DNA of 37,474 nt from an uncultured Candidatus Saccharibacteria bacterium (lineage in GTDB: Bacteria; Patescibacteriota; Minisyncoccia; Phycocordibacterales; CALRHW01): NCBI GenBank assembly GCA_964441885.1, contig CAYTVX010000001.1, positions 6,559-44,032 of the forward strand, read 5' to 3'. A program made the position numbers and the translations under genes. The notes under the pieces are model-generated. The model saw nothing but the letters and a program-made list of their open reading frames with translations. It did no database searches and had not been told where the DNA came from. Below are positions 9,335 to 17,960 of the stretch, piece by piece (the first letter of the stretch is position 1; each line of letters starts with the position of its first letter).

Positions 9335-9979
9335 TTATATCACAGAGGATTTCTTCTTGCGGATTCTATACAAGACAAACAGAATACAAACAAGTCCAAT
9401 ACCCATAAGAAAAAAATCCTCTATTTTTCCAATCAAGTCAGCATACCTATAATACAGCGCACCCACTTGCCATCCCACCAAAGCCAAAATCGTTGCCCTA
9501 ATGCATGTACCCAAAAAAGTGTAAATAAAATACTTTTTCATATCGTAACGAATAAGCCCATAAAAAGCCGAAATCGCTACGCTCGGTATAATAGGAATGG
9601 TACGCAGAAAAAATAAAGCCCATTCGTCAATATTTTCTGAATCAAATTTTGTTTGCAGTTTTTCTATATCATTCCACGATAAACCGAGCCACTTACCCCA
9701 TTTTACAAGAATTGGTTTACCAAAAACATGGGCCAATCCATAAACAAAAAAAGAACCGATAGTAACACCGAGTGACGCCGGCAGAACAACGGTTAAAATA
9801 AGCTTAAATAAAAAAGCTATAGAAAATGAACCTTTCAAAAAGAGGAATCCTGAAAAAGTGAGAACCAGAGCAGATGGAATTGGAGCTACAACCTCCTCAA
9901 GAAGAGAACCGAGAAATACACCCCAAGCTCCAAGTGGCAAAATAACACTCTGAATAAATTGTATTGTAGTTTCAATCAT
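9335..9979 (-). CDS. DedA/VTT-domain family membrane protein
   Basis: 214 aa and polytopic. The 'EEVVAPIPSALVLTFSGFL' and 'R.IP..P' style motifs are typical of DedA. Confidence 0.8.
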   Translation of the reverse strand: MIETTIQFIQSVILPLGAWGVFLGSLLEEVVAPIPSALVLTFSGFLFLKGSFSIAFLFKLILTVVLPASLGVTIGSFFVYGLAHVFGKPILVKWGKWLGLSWNDIEKLQTKFDSENIDEWALFFLRTIPIIPSVAISAFYGLIRYDMKKYFIYTFLGTCIRATILALVGWQVGALYYRYADLIGKIEDFFLMGIGLVCILFVLYRIRKKKSSVI

Positions 9980-9984
9980 TTTTT

Positions 9985-12438
9985 CTACTTACCATGACAC
10001 TGCTTATATTTCTTTCCGCTACCACAAGGGCACGGATCGTTGCGACCCACTTTTTCACCATCTGCGTTTTTCATTGCTGAAGATGCCGGTGTAGAGGTTT
10101 TGCCCCCATCACCAGCCCCAATAATAGAAGCTTGGTCATGTACTTCTTTTAAATTTTCCGGTTCTTTAAAAAACATGTCGCTCGCAATATTTGGCAAAAG
10201 TTTTATCACCTCATCCTCTACAGCCTGCTCCATTTCTTTAAATAGTCGCAAACCCTCCTTTTTATATTCTACAAGTGGGTCTCTCTGGCCATATGCGCGC
10301 AGATTTACACTTGAACGCATATAATCCATTACTTCAAGGTGCTCAATCCAAAACATATCAATAGCCTGAAGCACCAACCGGCGCACAGCCAGAGCGAAAG
10401 AATCATCACTCAGATCTATTTCTTTTTCAGTAAGACCGGTAACATACTCAGCAAGTTCGTTTTTTGTGCTAAACAAAATTTTACGACGACGCTCATAGAC
10501 GATTTTTCGCTGATAATTGAGCACATCATCAAATTCAAGAATATGTTTTCGTGCATCAAAATTAAAGCCTTCTATTTTTGTCTGTGCTGTTTCAAGAGAA
10601 CGTGTAATGAGGCGGTTTTGGATTGGTTCATCATCTGGTATGCCAAATCTACCCATTAGTTTTTTAATTGTGTCTGAAGCAAAAATTCTCATAAGCGAAT
10701 CTTCAAGAGAAACAAAAAATTGCGTCGCGCCTGGATCACCCTGTCTTCCGGCACGTCCTCGAAGCTGATTGTCTATGCGCCGTGCATCATGTCGCTCTGT
10801 ACCAAGCACAAAAAGTCCACCGAGATTTTTCACCTCTTCATAAGCTTCTGTCGTAGTGGGATTTCCTCCAAGTTTTATATCCACTCCACGACCAGCCATA
10901 TTTGTAGCAATTGTAACAGCACCCTTTTTTCCAGCTTGAGAGATAATCTCTCCTTCTTTTTCGTGATTTTTTGCGTTTAAAAGCTGATGTGGAATTCCCT
11001 CTTGCTCCAGATATTTAGAAAGGAGTTCATTTTTATCTATAGACACGGTACCCACAAGCACAGGACGTCCCAGAGCATAGAGTTCTTTTATCTGTCTCGC
11101 TACAGCTTTAAACTTCCCAGCTTCTGTCTGAAAAATAAAATCGTTTAAATCTTTTCTCTGTGGCGGTCTATGAGTTGGCACAGCGATTATTGTAAAACCA
11201 TAAACCTTATAAAACTCTTCAGCAGAAGTCATGGCTGTACCCGTCATACCAGATAACTTTTTATAAAGTCTAAAATAATTTTGAAATGTAATAGAAGCAA
11301 ATGTACGAGACTCTTTTTGAATACTCACTCCCTCTTTTGCCTCTATAGCCTGATGCAAACCCTCAGACCACCTTCGTCCAGGCTGAAGCCTGCCGGTAAA
11401 TTCATCCACAATCACAACTTCACCATCTTTTACAACATAAGCCTTATCCTTTTCAAAAAGCGCTTTAGCTCTCACTGCGGTTTCTAGATGATGAACATAT
11501 TTAATTCCCTTTTCTGAATAAATATTTTGGATACCGAGCATTTTTTCAGCAAAATTTATTCCTTCATCATTTAATATTACTGCGCGTAGTTTTTCATCAA
11601 CGGTAAAATGTTTTTCTTTTTCCATCTTTGACGCAATACTAGAAAATGTTTTATACAAATCTTCTGATTCACTTGTGGGCGCAGAAATAATAAGAGGCGT
11701 ACGCGCTTCATCTATAAGAATAGAATCAACTTCATCTACAATTGCAAAATTATGTTCACGCTGACGCAAACGAGATTGTTCGTACTCTATATTGTCACGC
11801 AAGTAGTCAAAACCAAATTCGTTATTTGTTCCGTATGTAATATCTGCTTCATAAGCTTGTCTGCGAGTTACGCCACGCAAAAATTCGTACACAACTTTAA
11901 ATGAACCTGTTTCATCACGTTTTTTATCAAGTTCAGTATGAAGAGGATCATATATGTATGAAGCCTCGTGATTCATTACTCCAAGAGAAAGACCAAGTGC
12001 AGAATAAACCTGCCCCATCCACACACCGTCACGACGAGCAAGATAATCATTTACAGTAACCACGTGCACACCTTTTCCAGAAAGGGCGTTTAAATATGCA
12101 GGAAGAGTTGCCACCAGAGTCTTCCCCTCACCGGTGCGCATTTCTGCACCATTACCCTGATGAAGAATGATTCCTCCCATAAGCTGTACATCAAAATGTC
12201 GTTGATTTAGAGTACGTTTTGAGGCCTCCCTTACAAGAGCAAATGCTTCGGGTAAAATATCATCTAGGGTTTCCCCTTTCCCCAAACGAGCCTTAAAATC
12301 AGCTGTCTTATCTTTCAGCCCCTGATCTGAAAGCTTTTCATAAATAGGTTCAAAAGAGTTGATTTTTTCAACTATTGGTTCTAGCTTTTTTATGACTCTG
12401 TCGTTCTGAGAGCCAATTATTTTATCAACTAAAAACAT
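9985..12438 (-). CDS. secA: preprotein translocase ATPase SecA
   Basis: 817 aa with 'MRTGEGKTLVATLPAYLNAL', 'DEVDSILIDEARTPLIIS' and the C-terminal zinc motif 'CPCGSGKKYKQCHG'. Confidence 0.97.
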   Translation of the reverse strand: MFLVDKIIGSQNDRVIKKLEPIVEKINSFEPIYEKLSDQGLKDKTADFKARLGKGETLDDILPEAFALVREASKRTLNQRHFDVQLMGGIILHQGNGAEMRTGEGKTLVATLPAYLNALSGKGVHVVTVNDYLARRDGVWMGQVYSALGLSLGVMNHEASYIYDPLHTELDKKRDETGSFKVVYEFLRGVTRRQAYEADITYGTNNEFGFDYLRDNIEYEQSRLRQREHNFAIVDEVDSILIDEARTPLIISAPTSESEDLYKTFSSIASKMEKEKHFTVDEKLRAVILNDEGINFAEKMLGIQNIYSEKGIKYVHHLETAVRAKALFEKDKAYVVKDGEVVIVDEFTGRLQPGRRWSEGLHQAIEAKEGVSIQKESRTFASITFQNYFRLYKKLSGMTGTAMTSAEEFYKVYGFTIIAVPTHRPPQRKDLNDFIFQTEAGKFKAVARQIKELYALGRPVLVGTVSIDKNELLSKYLEQEGIPHQLLNAKNHEKEGEIISQAGKKGAVTIATNMAGRGVDIKLGGNPTTTEAYEEVKNLGGLFVLGTERHDARRIDNQLRGRAGRQGDPGATQFFVSLEDSLMRIFASDTIKKLMGRFGIPDDEPIQNRLITRSLETAQTKIEGFNFDARKHILEFDDVLNYQRKIVYERRRKILFSTKNELAEYVTGLTEKEIDLSDDSFALAVRRLVLQAIDMFWIEHLEVMDYMRSSVNLRAYGQRDPLVEYKKEGLRLFKEMEQAVEDEVIKLLPNIASDMFFKEPENLKEVHDQASIIGAGDGGKTSTPASSAMKNADGEKVGRNDPCPCGSGKKYKQCHGK

Positions 12439-12451
12439 GGGTCGTGGGGGT

Positions 12452-12457
12452 ATTGTA
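12452..12457 (-). promoter_or_regulatory. -10 box (TACAAT) 13 nt upstream of the secA ATG
   Basis: The minus strand reads ...tatgcTACAATacccccacgacccATG. There is no SD motif, and the implied leader is only about 6 nt. The -35 is weak (TTGTTA region). Confidence 0.35.
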
Positions 12458-12476
12458 GCATATTTAATGACTTAAC

Positions 12477-12515
12477 AAAAAAATAATCTCTCCGCTCGGG
12501 AGAGATTATTTTTTC
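12477..12515 (-). terminator. intrinsic terminator (perfect 12-bp stem, 5-nt loop, flanking A/T runs)
   Basis: aataatctctcc (12482-12493) pairs with ggagagattatt (12499-12510). On the minus strand a U-run follows directly. It sits 16 nt downstream of the stop of the small basic ORF. Confidence 0.8.
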
Positions 12516-12530
12516 TCAAACTACATGAGA

Positions 12531-12623
12531 TTATCGTCGTCGCTTTGTAGTTTTCTTTGCTTTCTTAGCTTTTTTTACAGTCTTTCGCTTTTTTGCAGGA
12601 GCTTTTCGTTTTTTTGCAGCCAT
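12531..12623 (-). CDS. unannotated 30-aa ultra-basic peptide (MAAKKRKAPAKKRKTVKKAKKAKKTTKRRR)
   Basis: Translated by hand from the reverse complement, ATG at 12623 and TAA at 12533-12531. It is below the 60-aa ORF-track cut-off. It occupies an otherwise empty gap between murB and secA and has its own strong terminator. 19 of 30 residues are K or R. Confidence 0.5.
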   Translation of the reverse strand: MAAKKRKAPAKKRKTVKKAKKAKKTTKRRR

Positions 12624-12772
12624 GATATTTTATTTAAAAATTTCTAAAGTTACTTTGTTCAACGACCTTTCTAAAATGACAAAGCTTACAACATTAATTA
12701 TGTTACATATACATTTCAAATACAATATTTTTTCGTACACAAGTGTGGATAACAATTGCGCGCGCAGAAAAA

Positions 12773-13813
12773 TTAAAAGCCAAGCGAAACAATTTCTGGC
12801 ATTAAATTAATTTCTGTATTTTTTTTCACACACTCACACATTTCATCTGCAAGTTTTTTTATTTCATCTGCCGTTGCGTTGCCAAAATTTACAATCACAA
12901 GAGGTTGATTTTTATACACACCCACATTCCCCACCCTGTAACCTTTATATTTACAAATATTATCAAGAATCCATGCAGCAGGAATTTTTTTATTATTATC
13001 TGGTGCATCAAAAAAAGGAATCTCTGGAAATTTTTTCTTTATAGAGTCAAAATGTTCTTGTGACACAACAGGGTTTTTAAAAAAAGAACCGGCGGTGCCA
13101 TACAAAGCCAAGTCTGGAAGTTTTTCTTTTCGTATGGAAAGCACCGCATTTCTAACATCTAAAACAGAGGGACTAATAACACTGTTCTTTGTAAAAAAAA
13201 TTGATACGTCTTTATATGAAATTTCTGGCTGCACATTTTTAGCAAGAGTACACGCCACTCTAGTAACAATATACTTTTTTCCTTCTGGTGTTTTAAAAAT
13301 ACTATCTCTATATCCAGCACGACACTCTTCTGCCTTTAATATACACAAAGACAACGCCTTAGTATCAAAAACCTCAACCCAAGAAAGCGTATCTTTAATT
13401 TCCCTTCCATATGCACCAATGTTTTGTACGGGAGCAGCACCCACCGTACCAGGAATACCGGAAAGATTCTCAAAACCAGAAAGTCCACGCTCTACGGAAA
13501 GCGCCACCACGTCGTCCCAATTTTCCCCAGCACCCATTGTCACCTCCACTCCATCAGCCACATTTTTCCACTCTACGCCCACAATATTTATCTTAATCAC
13601 CAAACCATCAAATCCATCATCAGATACAAGCAGATTGGAACCGCCACCAAGCACAAAAAAAGGCAGGTCTTTTCCCTGCGCAAATAAAATAGCATCTTTA
13701 ATCTCTGTAACTGTTTTTGCTAAAACAAAATACTTAGCCTTACCCCCTATGCGAAATGTAGTATGAAGAGAAAGAGATACGTCTTGCTGTAGATGATCCA
13801 TGTTGTATTTCAT
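12773..13813 (-). CDS. murB: UDP-N-acetylenolpyruvoylglucosamine reductase MurB
   Basis: 'TFRIGGKAKYF', 'VLGGGSNLL' and 'AGENWDDVV' match MurB and its FAD-binding fold. The ORF track extends to 13852, but that extension is encoded by a GC-rich hairpin. The ATG at 13813 (MKYNMDHLQQ) is preferred. Confidence 0.92.
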   Translation of the reverse strand: MKYNMDHLQQDVSLSLHTTFRIGGKAKYFVLAKTVTEIKDAILFAQGKDLPFFVLGGGSNLLVSDDGFDGLVIKINIVGVEWKNVADGVEVTMGAGENWDDVVALSVERGLSGFENLSGIPGTVGAAPVQNIGAYGREIKDTLSWVEVFDTKALSLCILKAEECRAGYRDSIFKTPEGKKYIVTRVACTLAKNVQPEISYKDVSIFFTKNSVISPSVLDVRNAVLSIRKEKLPDLALYGTAGSFFKNPVVSQEHFDSIKKKFPEIPFFDAPDNNKKIPAAWILDNICKYKGYRVGNVGVYKNQPLVIVNFGNATADEIKKLADEMCECVKKNTEINLMPEIVSLGF

Positions 13814-13818
13814 TACAT

Positions 13819-13887
13819 CGAGTCGCGGTCGGCGGTGCAAACTCCAAAACAAATGTCTATGTGAGTGCTATCGCCGACCACGGCTCA
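13819..13887 (-). promoter_or_regulatory. GC-rich 15-bp stem-loop in the murB 5' leader
   Basis: The arms are 13819-13833 (gagtcgcggtcggcg) and 13873-13887 (cgccgaccacggctc), with one mismatch and one G-U pair. The loop between them is 39 nt. The base of the stem is 5 nt from the murB ATG. Confidence 0.4.
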
Positions 13888-13903
13888 ATACAATGATATA
13901 TTT

Positions 13904-13931
13904 ATTATATATACACCACACATAAACGCAA
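13904..13931 (-). promoter_or_regulatory. candidate sigma70-type promoter for murB (TTGCGT-16-TATAAT)
   Basis: Minus strand: -35 TTGCGT (13931-13926), a 16-nt spacer, then -10 TATAAT (13909-13904). Confidence 0.4.
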
Positions 13932-13948
13932 AACCCCCACGAGGGGGG
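13924..13948 (-). terminator. intrinsic terminator ending the glycan-cluster operon
   Basis: The minus strand reads cccccctcgtggggg followed by ttttgcgttt. A 5-6 bp G/C stem and 4-nt loop lie about 95 nt downstream of the Wzy_C/TPR gene stop. Confidence 0.6.
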
Positions 13949-14042
13949 ACTTACGCAGACATTCGTTTGTTTTGAAGTAAGCTCGCGCTCACTGAAATAC
14001 ACATTAGCAGTTCACAAAGAAAAAGTCAAATTTTATCAAAGC

Positions 14043-16238
14043 CTAAGGCTTTCTTCCTGCCCTGATTTCACTTATATAATATTCCCCCTGTTTTTTATAG
14101 GCATTTGGATCAATCTCTATAAATTCTTGTAGCGATTTAATAGCCATATCTTTATTACCCATTTCTAAATAACCAGCAGCTAAAGAAAGTCTATACTGAG
14201 GATTTTTAGGATCTGTGGCAACACGATCTTTTAAAATAGATATAGCCGCATCATAATTTTTTACAAATACATAAGTACTCAACACTCTTTCGTTAAACAA
14301 ATAACTACTCCTAGGAACAACCGAGATTATTTCATTTGCAAGATCATATTTCCCTGCTTGTATAGCGCCAGTAAAATACGCTAGACGAGCTTCTAAGTAT
14401 TCAGGAGACAGATCAAACGCCTCTTTTAAAGCAGCGAGTGCTTCAAGCGGTTTATTTTGTGCAAAATATACATTTGATAATTCAAAAAGTATCGTTTGCT
14501 TTCTTGGACTCAGACTGTGAGCCTGAGTAAGATAATTTAATGCATGATCAAACACTCCATATCTACCCAACAAAGATCCTAAAAATAAATAGTAACGCGC
14601 ATCCGGCTCCTTGTTTTCTTCAATCTGTTTTGCCATTTCACTACTAGCAGATTGGAATACAGCTGAACGCAAATCATTTGGAACATTCTCTACTGACAAC
14701 TTTTGAGAAAGAAGGATGAGATGTTCTCTAGCCTCTCCATTACCAAAAGTGTCATACGCTATAGATTTTTTAAAAGACAGAAGATCCTTGGCGTAATCAT
14801 AGGCACCACCAGGTTCTGGCGCGAGAGCATATATAAGAGCGGTGGTTGCCTGCATTGGTTTTATGTTTACCTTGTATAAAGTAAATATTGTGGCCACAAG
14901 TAGAAGAGCTGCAACAACACCAAGTCCTGTATTACCAAACTGCAAGTTTGGAGCAATTGGTTTTGCTGTAGATGGGGTTTTTGCTGAATACACATAAGCC
15001 AAAATCATCACGAATAATAAATAACTAGTGATATTATCGAATACAAATAAATTTTGTATAAAGTATCCAACAATTAGACCCGTGAGAATGCTTTTGTCAG
15101 TGATAGAAAAATCTTCCAATTTTTTACGCCAAATATAATACAAAAGAAATACAAAGATAGATAAGTAAGCACCAAGACCCAAAACACCTCCGGAAACAAG
15201 CCAATCTAAAACGGCATTGTGGGTGTGATCAAACCATTGTTCCTGATAGTACATTCTAGGATCATAGTTTTTATTAAAAACATAATTAAAATTCTCCTGC
15301 CCCCAACCAAGTACAGGATGTTCTTTAAACCCCTTTATCGCCATTGGCCAAATATAGTATCTACCTTGGCCTTTTAAAAATTCCTGCTTAAGAGAAATCT
15401 CTGTAAATCTTACTAAGGTTGGACTACTTTTCACAAAAGATGAATCTTTCGCCATAAACAAACCCCCAACAATAAGCACCAAAGAAACAAGTGCTCCAAT
15501 AGCAAATTTTCTAAACATCTTTTTCTGTCCACCCAAAATAGAGAGCAAAATAGTAGAAACAAATAATCCACCAACAAGACCCACCAAAGCACCTCTAGTC
15601 TGCGTCTTGTACATTAAGAAAAACTCTAATGCTATACCAATGCCATAAAGCCATTTGAGGTAAACTTTGTTTGAGCGCATCAACAAAAACAAAGCCAAAA
15701 ACATATTTATAAGTAAGTAAGCAGCAAAATATGTAGCATTACCAAACGTAGCATCAATACGATCAGAACTTTGGTGAATATCTGCATTTCCATAAATCTG
15801 GGGTAATGCATAAAAAAGACAAAGAATAACACTTGCCCCAAAAGACGTATTGAAAAAATAATTCCACCATTTTTCTGTCTTCAACACAGTTGCAAGCATC
15901 AAAAAATAAGCAGACAAATGAAGAAGATTTACAAAACCCTCCATGCGCTCATAATTACTCCAAAAACTTCTGTAAAAGTTTACACCAAAAATATCAGCAA
16001 TAAAAATCACTGAAACAAAAAGTGCAAGTACTCCTAGTAACCAAGACCTCTTTGGTCTATATGTAATATCTTTCAACATCAAAAGAATCCACAAACCAAA
16101 CACAAGCTCCACAATGATCCTAAATACAAAAGCCTTGCCGGTAATAAACGGAAAGAAAAAATGATTAATAATTATAAATGGTATAAATGGAGTAGCAAAC
16201 AAACCACATAAAACAATATAACGAAGATTTTTAGTCAT
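14043..16238 (-). CDS. O-antigen ligase/polymerase-like (Wzy_C) membrane protein with C-terminal TPR repeats
   Basis: 731 aa. The polytopic N-terminal ~450 aa include 'YKTQTRGALVGLVGG' (Wzy_C-like). The C-terminal ~250 aa carry TPR-like repeats (e.g. 'ALNYLTQAHSLSPRK', 'AIKSLQEFIEIDPN'). Confidence 0.8.
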   Translation of the reverse strand: MTKNLRYIVLCGLFATPFIPFIIINHFFFPFITGKAFVFRIIVELVFGLWILLMLKDITYRPKRSWLLGVLALFVSVIFIADIFGVNFYRSFWSNYERMEGFVNLLHLSAYFLMLATVLKTEKWWNYFFNTSFGASVILCLFYALPQIYGNADIHQSSDRIDATFGNATYFAAYLLINMFLALFLLMRSNKVYLKWLYGIGIALEFFLMYKTQTRGALVGLVGGLFVSTILLSILGGQKKMFRKFAIGALVSLVLIVGGLFMAKDSSFVKSSPTLVRFTEISLKQEFLKGQGRYYIWPMAIKGFKEHPVLGWGQENFNYVFNKNYDPRMYYQEQWFDHTHNAVLDWLVSGGVLGLGAYLSIFVFLLYYIWRKKLEDFSITDKSILTGLIVGYFIQNLFVFDNITSYLLFVMILAYVYSAKTPSTAKPIAPNLQFGNTGLGVVAALLLVATIFTLYKVNIKPMQATTALIYALAPEPGGAYDYAKDLLSFKKSIAYDTFGNGEAREHLILLSQKLSVENVPNDLRSAVFQSASSEMAKQIEENKEPDARYYLFLGSLLGRYGVFDHALNYLTQAHSLSPRKQTILFELSNVYFAQNKPLEALAALKEAFDLSPEYLEARLAYFTGAIQAGKYDLANEIISVVPRSSYLFNERVLSTYVFVKNYDAAISILKDRVATDPKNPQYRLSLAAGYLEMGNKDMAIKSLQEFIEIDPNAYKKQGEYYISEIRAGRKP

Positions 16239-16285
16239 AAATCAAATATTAGTTGGGTTTATGTAACTATAGACCACGCTGGGTA

Positions 16286-17029
16286 TTATTTCAATTCAGC
16301 TACCTTAAAAACACATATTATTGATACGCCAAAAGGAAAATTCATATACCTTAAAAAAGATTTCTCTAGCAAAAATACCAACCGCAAAAGAGCATTAGCC
16401 CAGACAGGGGTTATGGAGAAATCTGAATTATTTCGACCCCAACCAAATGTGTTTTTTAAAATACGAACCAACGCTATAGGTATAAACAAAAAAGTATTAA
16501 AATAACTAACCCGGAGCACAGAAAAACCCGATCTTTCCACAACTTCCACAAGCTGACTTTTTGTATAACGTCTTTTATGATGCACGATATCATCATGCTC
16601 ACTCCACAAAAACATATATGCGGGCACAGTCACCACACATATACCATTTGGTGATAAATATTTTTTAATAGCAGAAAGCACGGAACTCTCATCATCAATA
16701 TGCTCAATAACATCAAACATAGTTATCAAATCAAACTCCCCTTCAACAGAAACCTCCGGAAACGTACCATGGAACACTTCCACATTCCTAAATTTCTCTT
16801 TAATCTCATTGGCCGAATCCAAAGACGGTTCCACACAAACTAGGTTGTCTGAAAACTCTCCAATCATAGGCAAATTTATCCCCGGCCCAGAACCAATATC
16901 CAGAGACCTGCGAGATTTTTTTTGTGGAAACAAATCACTTAAAAATGAGCGCAATATTTCTCTTCTGGAAACAAACCACCAATGTCTTTCCTCTATTTCT
17001 TTAAACTCTTTATAGACTTTACTTTCCAT
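16286..17029 (-). CDS. class I SAM-dependent methyltransferase
   Basis: Motif I is 'SLDIGSGPGIN', with an acidic post-I 'VCVEPS' and 'FDLITMFDVIEHI'. The start was moved to the ATG at 17029 (MESKVYKEF); the track ORF reaches 17062. Confidence 0.85.
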   Translation of the reverse strand: MESKVYKEFKEIEERHWWFVSRREILRSFLSDLFPQKKSRRSLDIGSGPGINLPMIGEFSDNLVCVEPSLDSANEIKEKFRNVEVFHGTFPEVSVEGEFDLITMFDVIEHIDDESSVLSAIKKYLSPNGICVVTVPAYMFLWSEHDDIVHHKRRYTKSQLVEVVERSGFSVLRVSYFNTFLFIPIALVRILKNTFGWGRNNSDFSITPVWANALLRLVFLLEKSFLRYMNFPFGVSIICVFKVAELK

Positions 17030-17960
17030 CAGAATCAAAATTAATCTTTCTCTCAACAACAAAAAGTGGGCGGTCTTTTACCTCATCATAAATACGTCGG
17101 ATATACTCACCAATAACCCCCACAGACAAAAGCTCCACACCACCAATAAAAAGAATGAGGATAGATATAGAAGCAAAACCTGGAATGTATTTATCTGTAA
17201 ACAACTTTAAAGACAAAATAATTAAAATTCCCACAAAGGCAGCCAAGGCAAAGAGTAAACCAAAAAAGTTAACTATGAAAAGCGGCGCGCCAGAATGAGC
17301 AAAAAACCCGCCGTAAGCCAGCTTAAAAAGCTTGGAGAAAGAATACTTGGTCACACCCGCGTACCTTTTATCTCTCTCGTATTCAAGACCGGTCTGTGTA
17401 AATCCGACCCAAGAACGCAATCCACGCACGTATCTATTTTTTTCTCTAAATGAACGCATCTGATCTACTACCCGGCGAGACATCAAAGCAAAATCTCCAG
17501 CGTCTCGCGGTTGTTTTATTGGACCAGAAAAATGAGATAGTAAGATATAAAAAGAGCTATAAGCAAATCTTTTCAAAAAAGACTCTTTGCGTTTTTTACG
17601 AACAGCGTACACTACATCAAACCCCTCTTTATGTTTTTTGTATAATTCAGAAATAAATTCTGGAGGATCTTGCAAGTCACCGTCCATCACCACCACAGCT
17701 TCTCCCAAAGCATGCTCCAAAGCCGCCGACACAGCAGCTTGGTGACCAAAATTACGTGAAAAAAATAAAGCTTTTATGTGGCTGTCTTCTCTAGCAAAAT
17801 CCACCACCATTTCACGAGTCTTATCTTTTGATCCATCGTCTATAAGGAGTATTTCATAGGAAATAGACATCTTCTCAAGGGCAGATTTGAGTCGAAGGAG
17901 TAACTCCTTTAAAACATCCTCTTCGTTATATACGGGTACGGCAACGGACAAATCTATCAT
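17019..17960 (-). CDS. family-2 glycosyltransferase, polyprenol-phosphate sugar synthase type (GtrB/ArnC/DPM1-like)
   Basis: 'VAVPVYNEE', 'LIDDGSKD', 'DGDLQDPPE' and two C-terminal TM helices. Confidence 0.9.
   Translation of the reverse strand: MIDLSVAVPVYNEEDVLKELLLRLKSALEKMSISYEILLIDDGSKDKTREMVVDFAREDSHIKALFFSRNFGHQAAVSAALEHALGEAVVVMDGDLQDPPEFISELYKKHKEGFDVVYAVRKKRKESFLKRFAYSSFYILLSHFSGPIKQPRDAGDFALMSRRVVDQMRSFREKNRYVRGLRSWVGFTQTGLEYERDKRYAGVTKYSFSKLFKLAYGGFFAHSGAPLFIVNFFGLLFALAAFVGILIILSLKLFTDKYIPGFASISILILFIGGVELLSVGVIGEYIRRIYDEVKDRPLFVVERKINFDSDGK

Noticed and set aside
12622-12810. A 62-aa plus-strand ORF in the AT-rich gap, and a tgcgcgcgca palindrome at about 12757-12766.
   Set aside because: The ORF is AT-rich and low-complexity, and it overlaps the murB 3' end. 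The palindrome is too short, with no loop, to form a meaningful hairpin or terminator.
13095-13766. A 223-aa plus-strand ORF, together with many other 60-130-aa ORFs antisense to long genes (e.g. 137-379, 3329-3649, 4370-4681, 5286-5672, 6412-8229, 10040-11487, 33349-33961, 34505-34885).
   Set aside because: They lie entirely inside well-supported minus-strand genes (murB, gatB, obg, the ATPase, secA, murD, pyk). Their composition is low-complexity (S/T/P/F-rich) or implausible, and they show no motifs. They are shadow ORFs.
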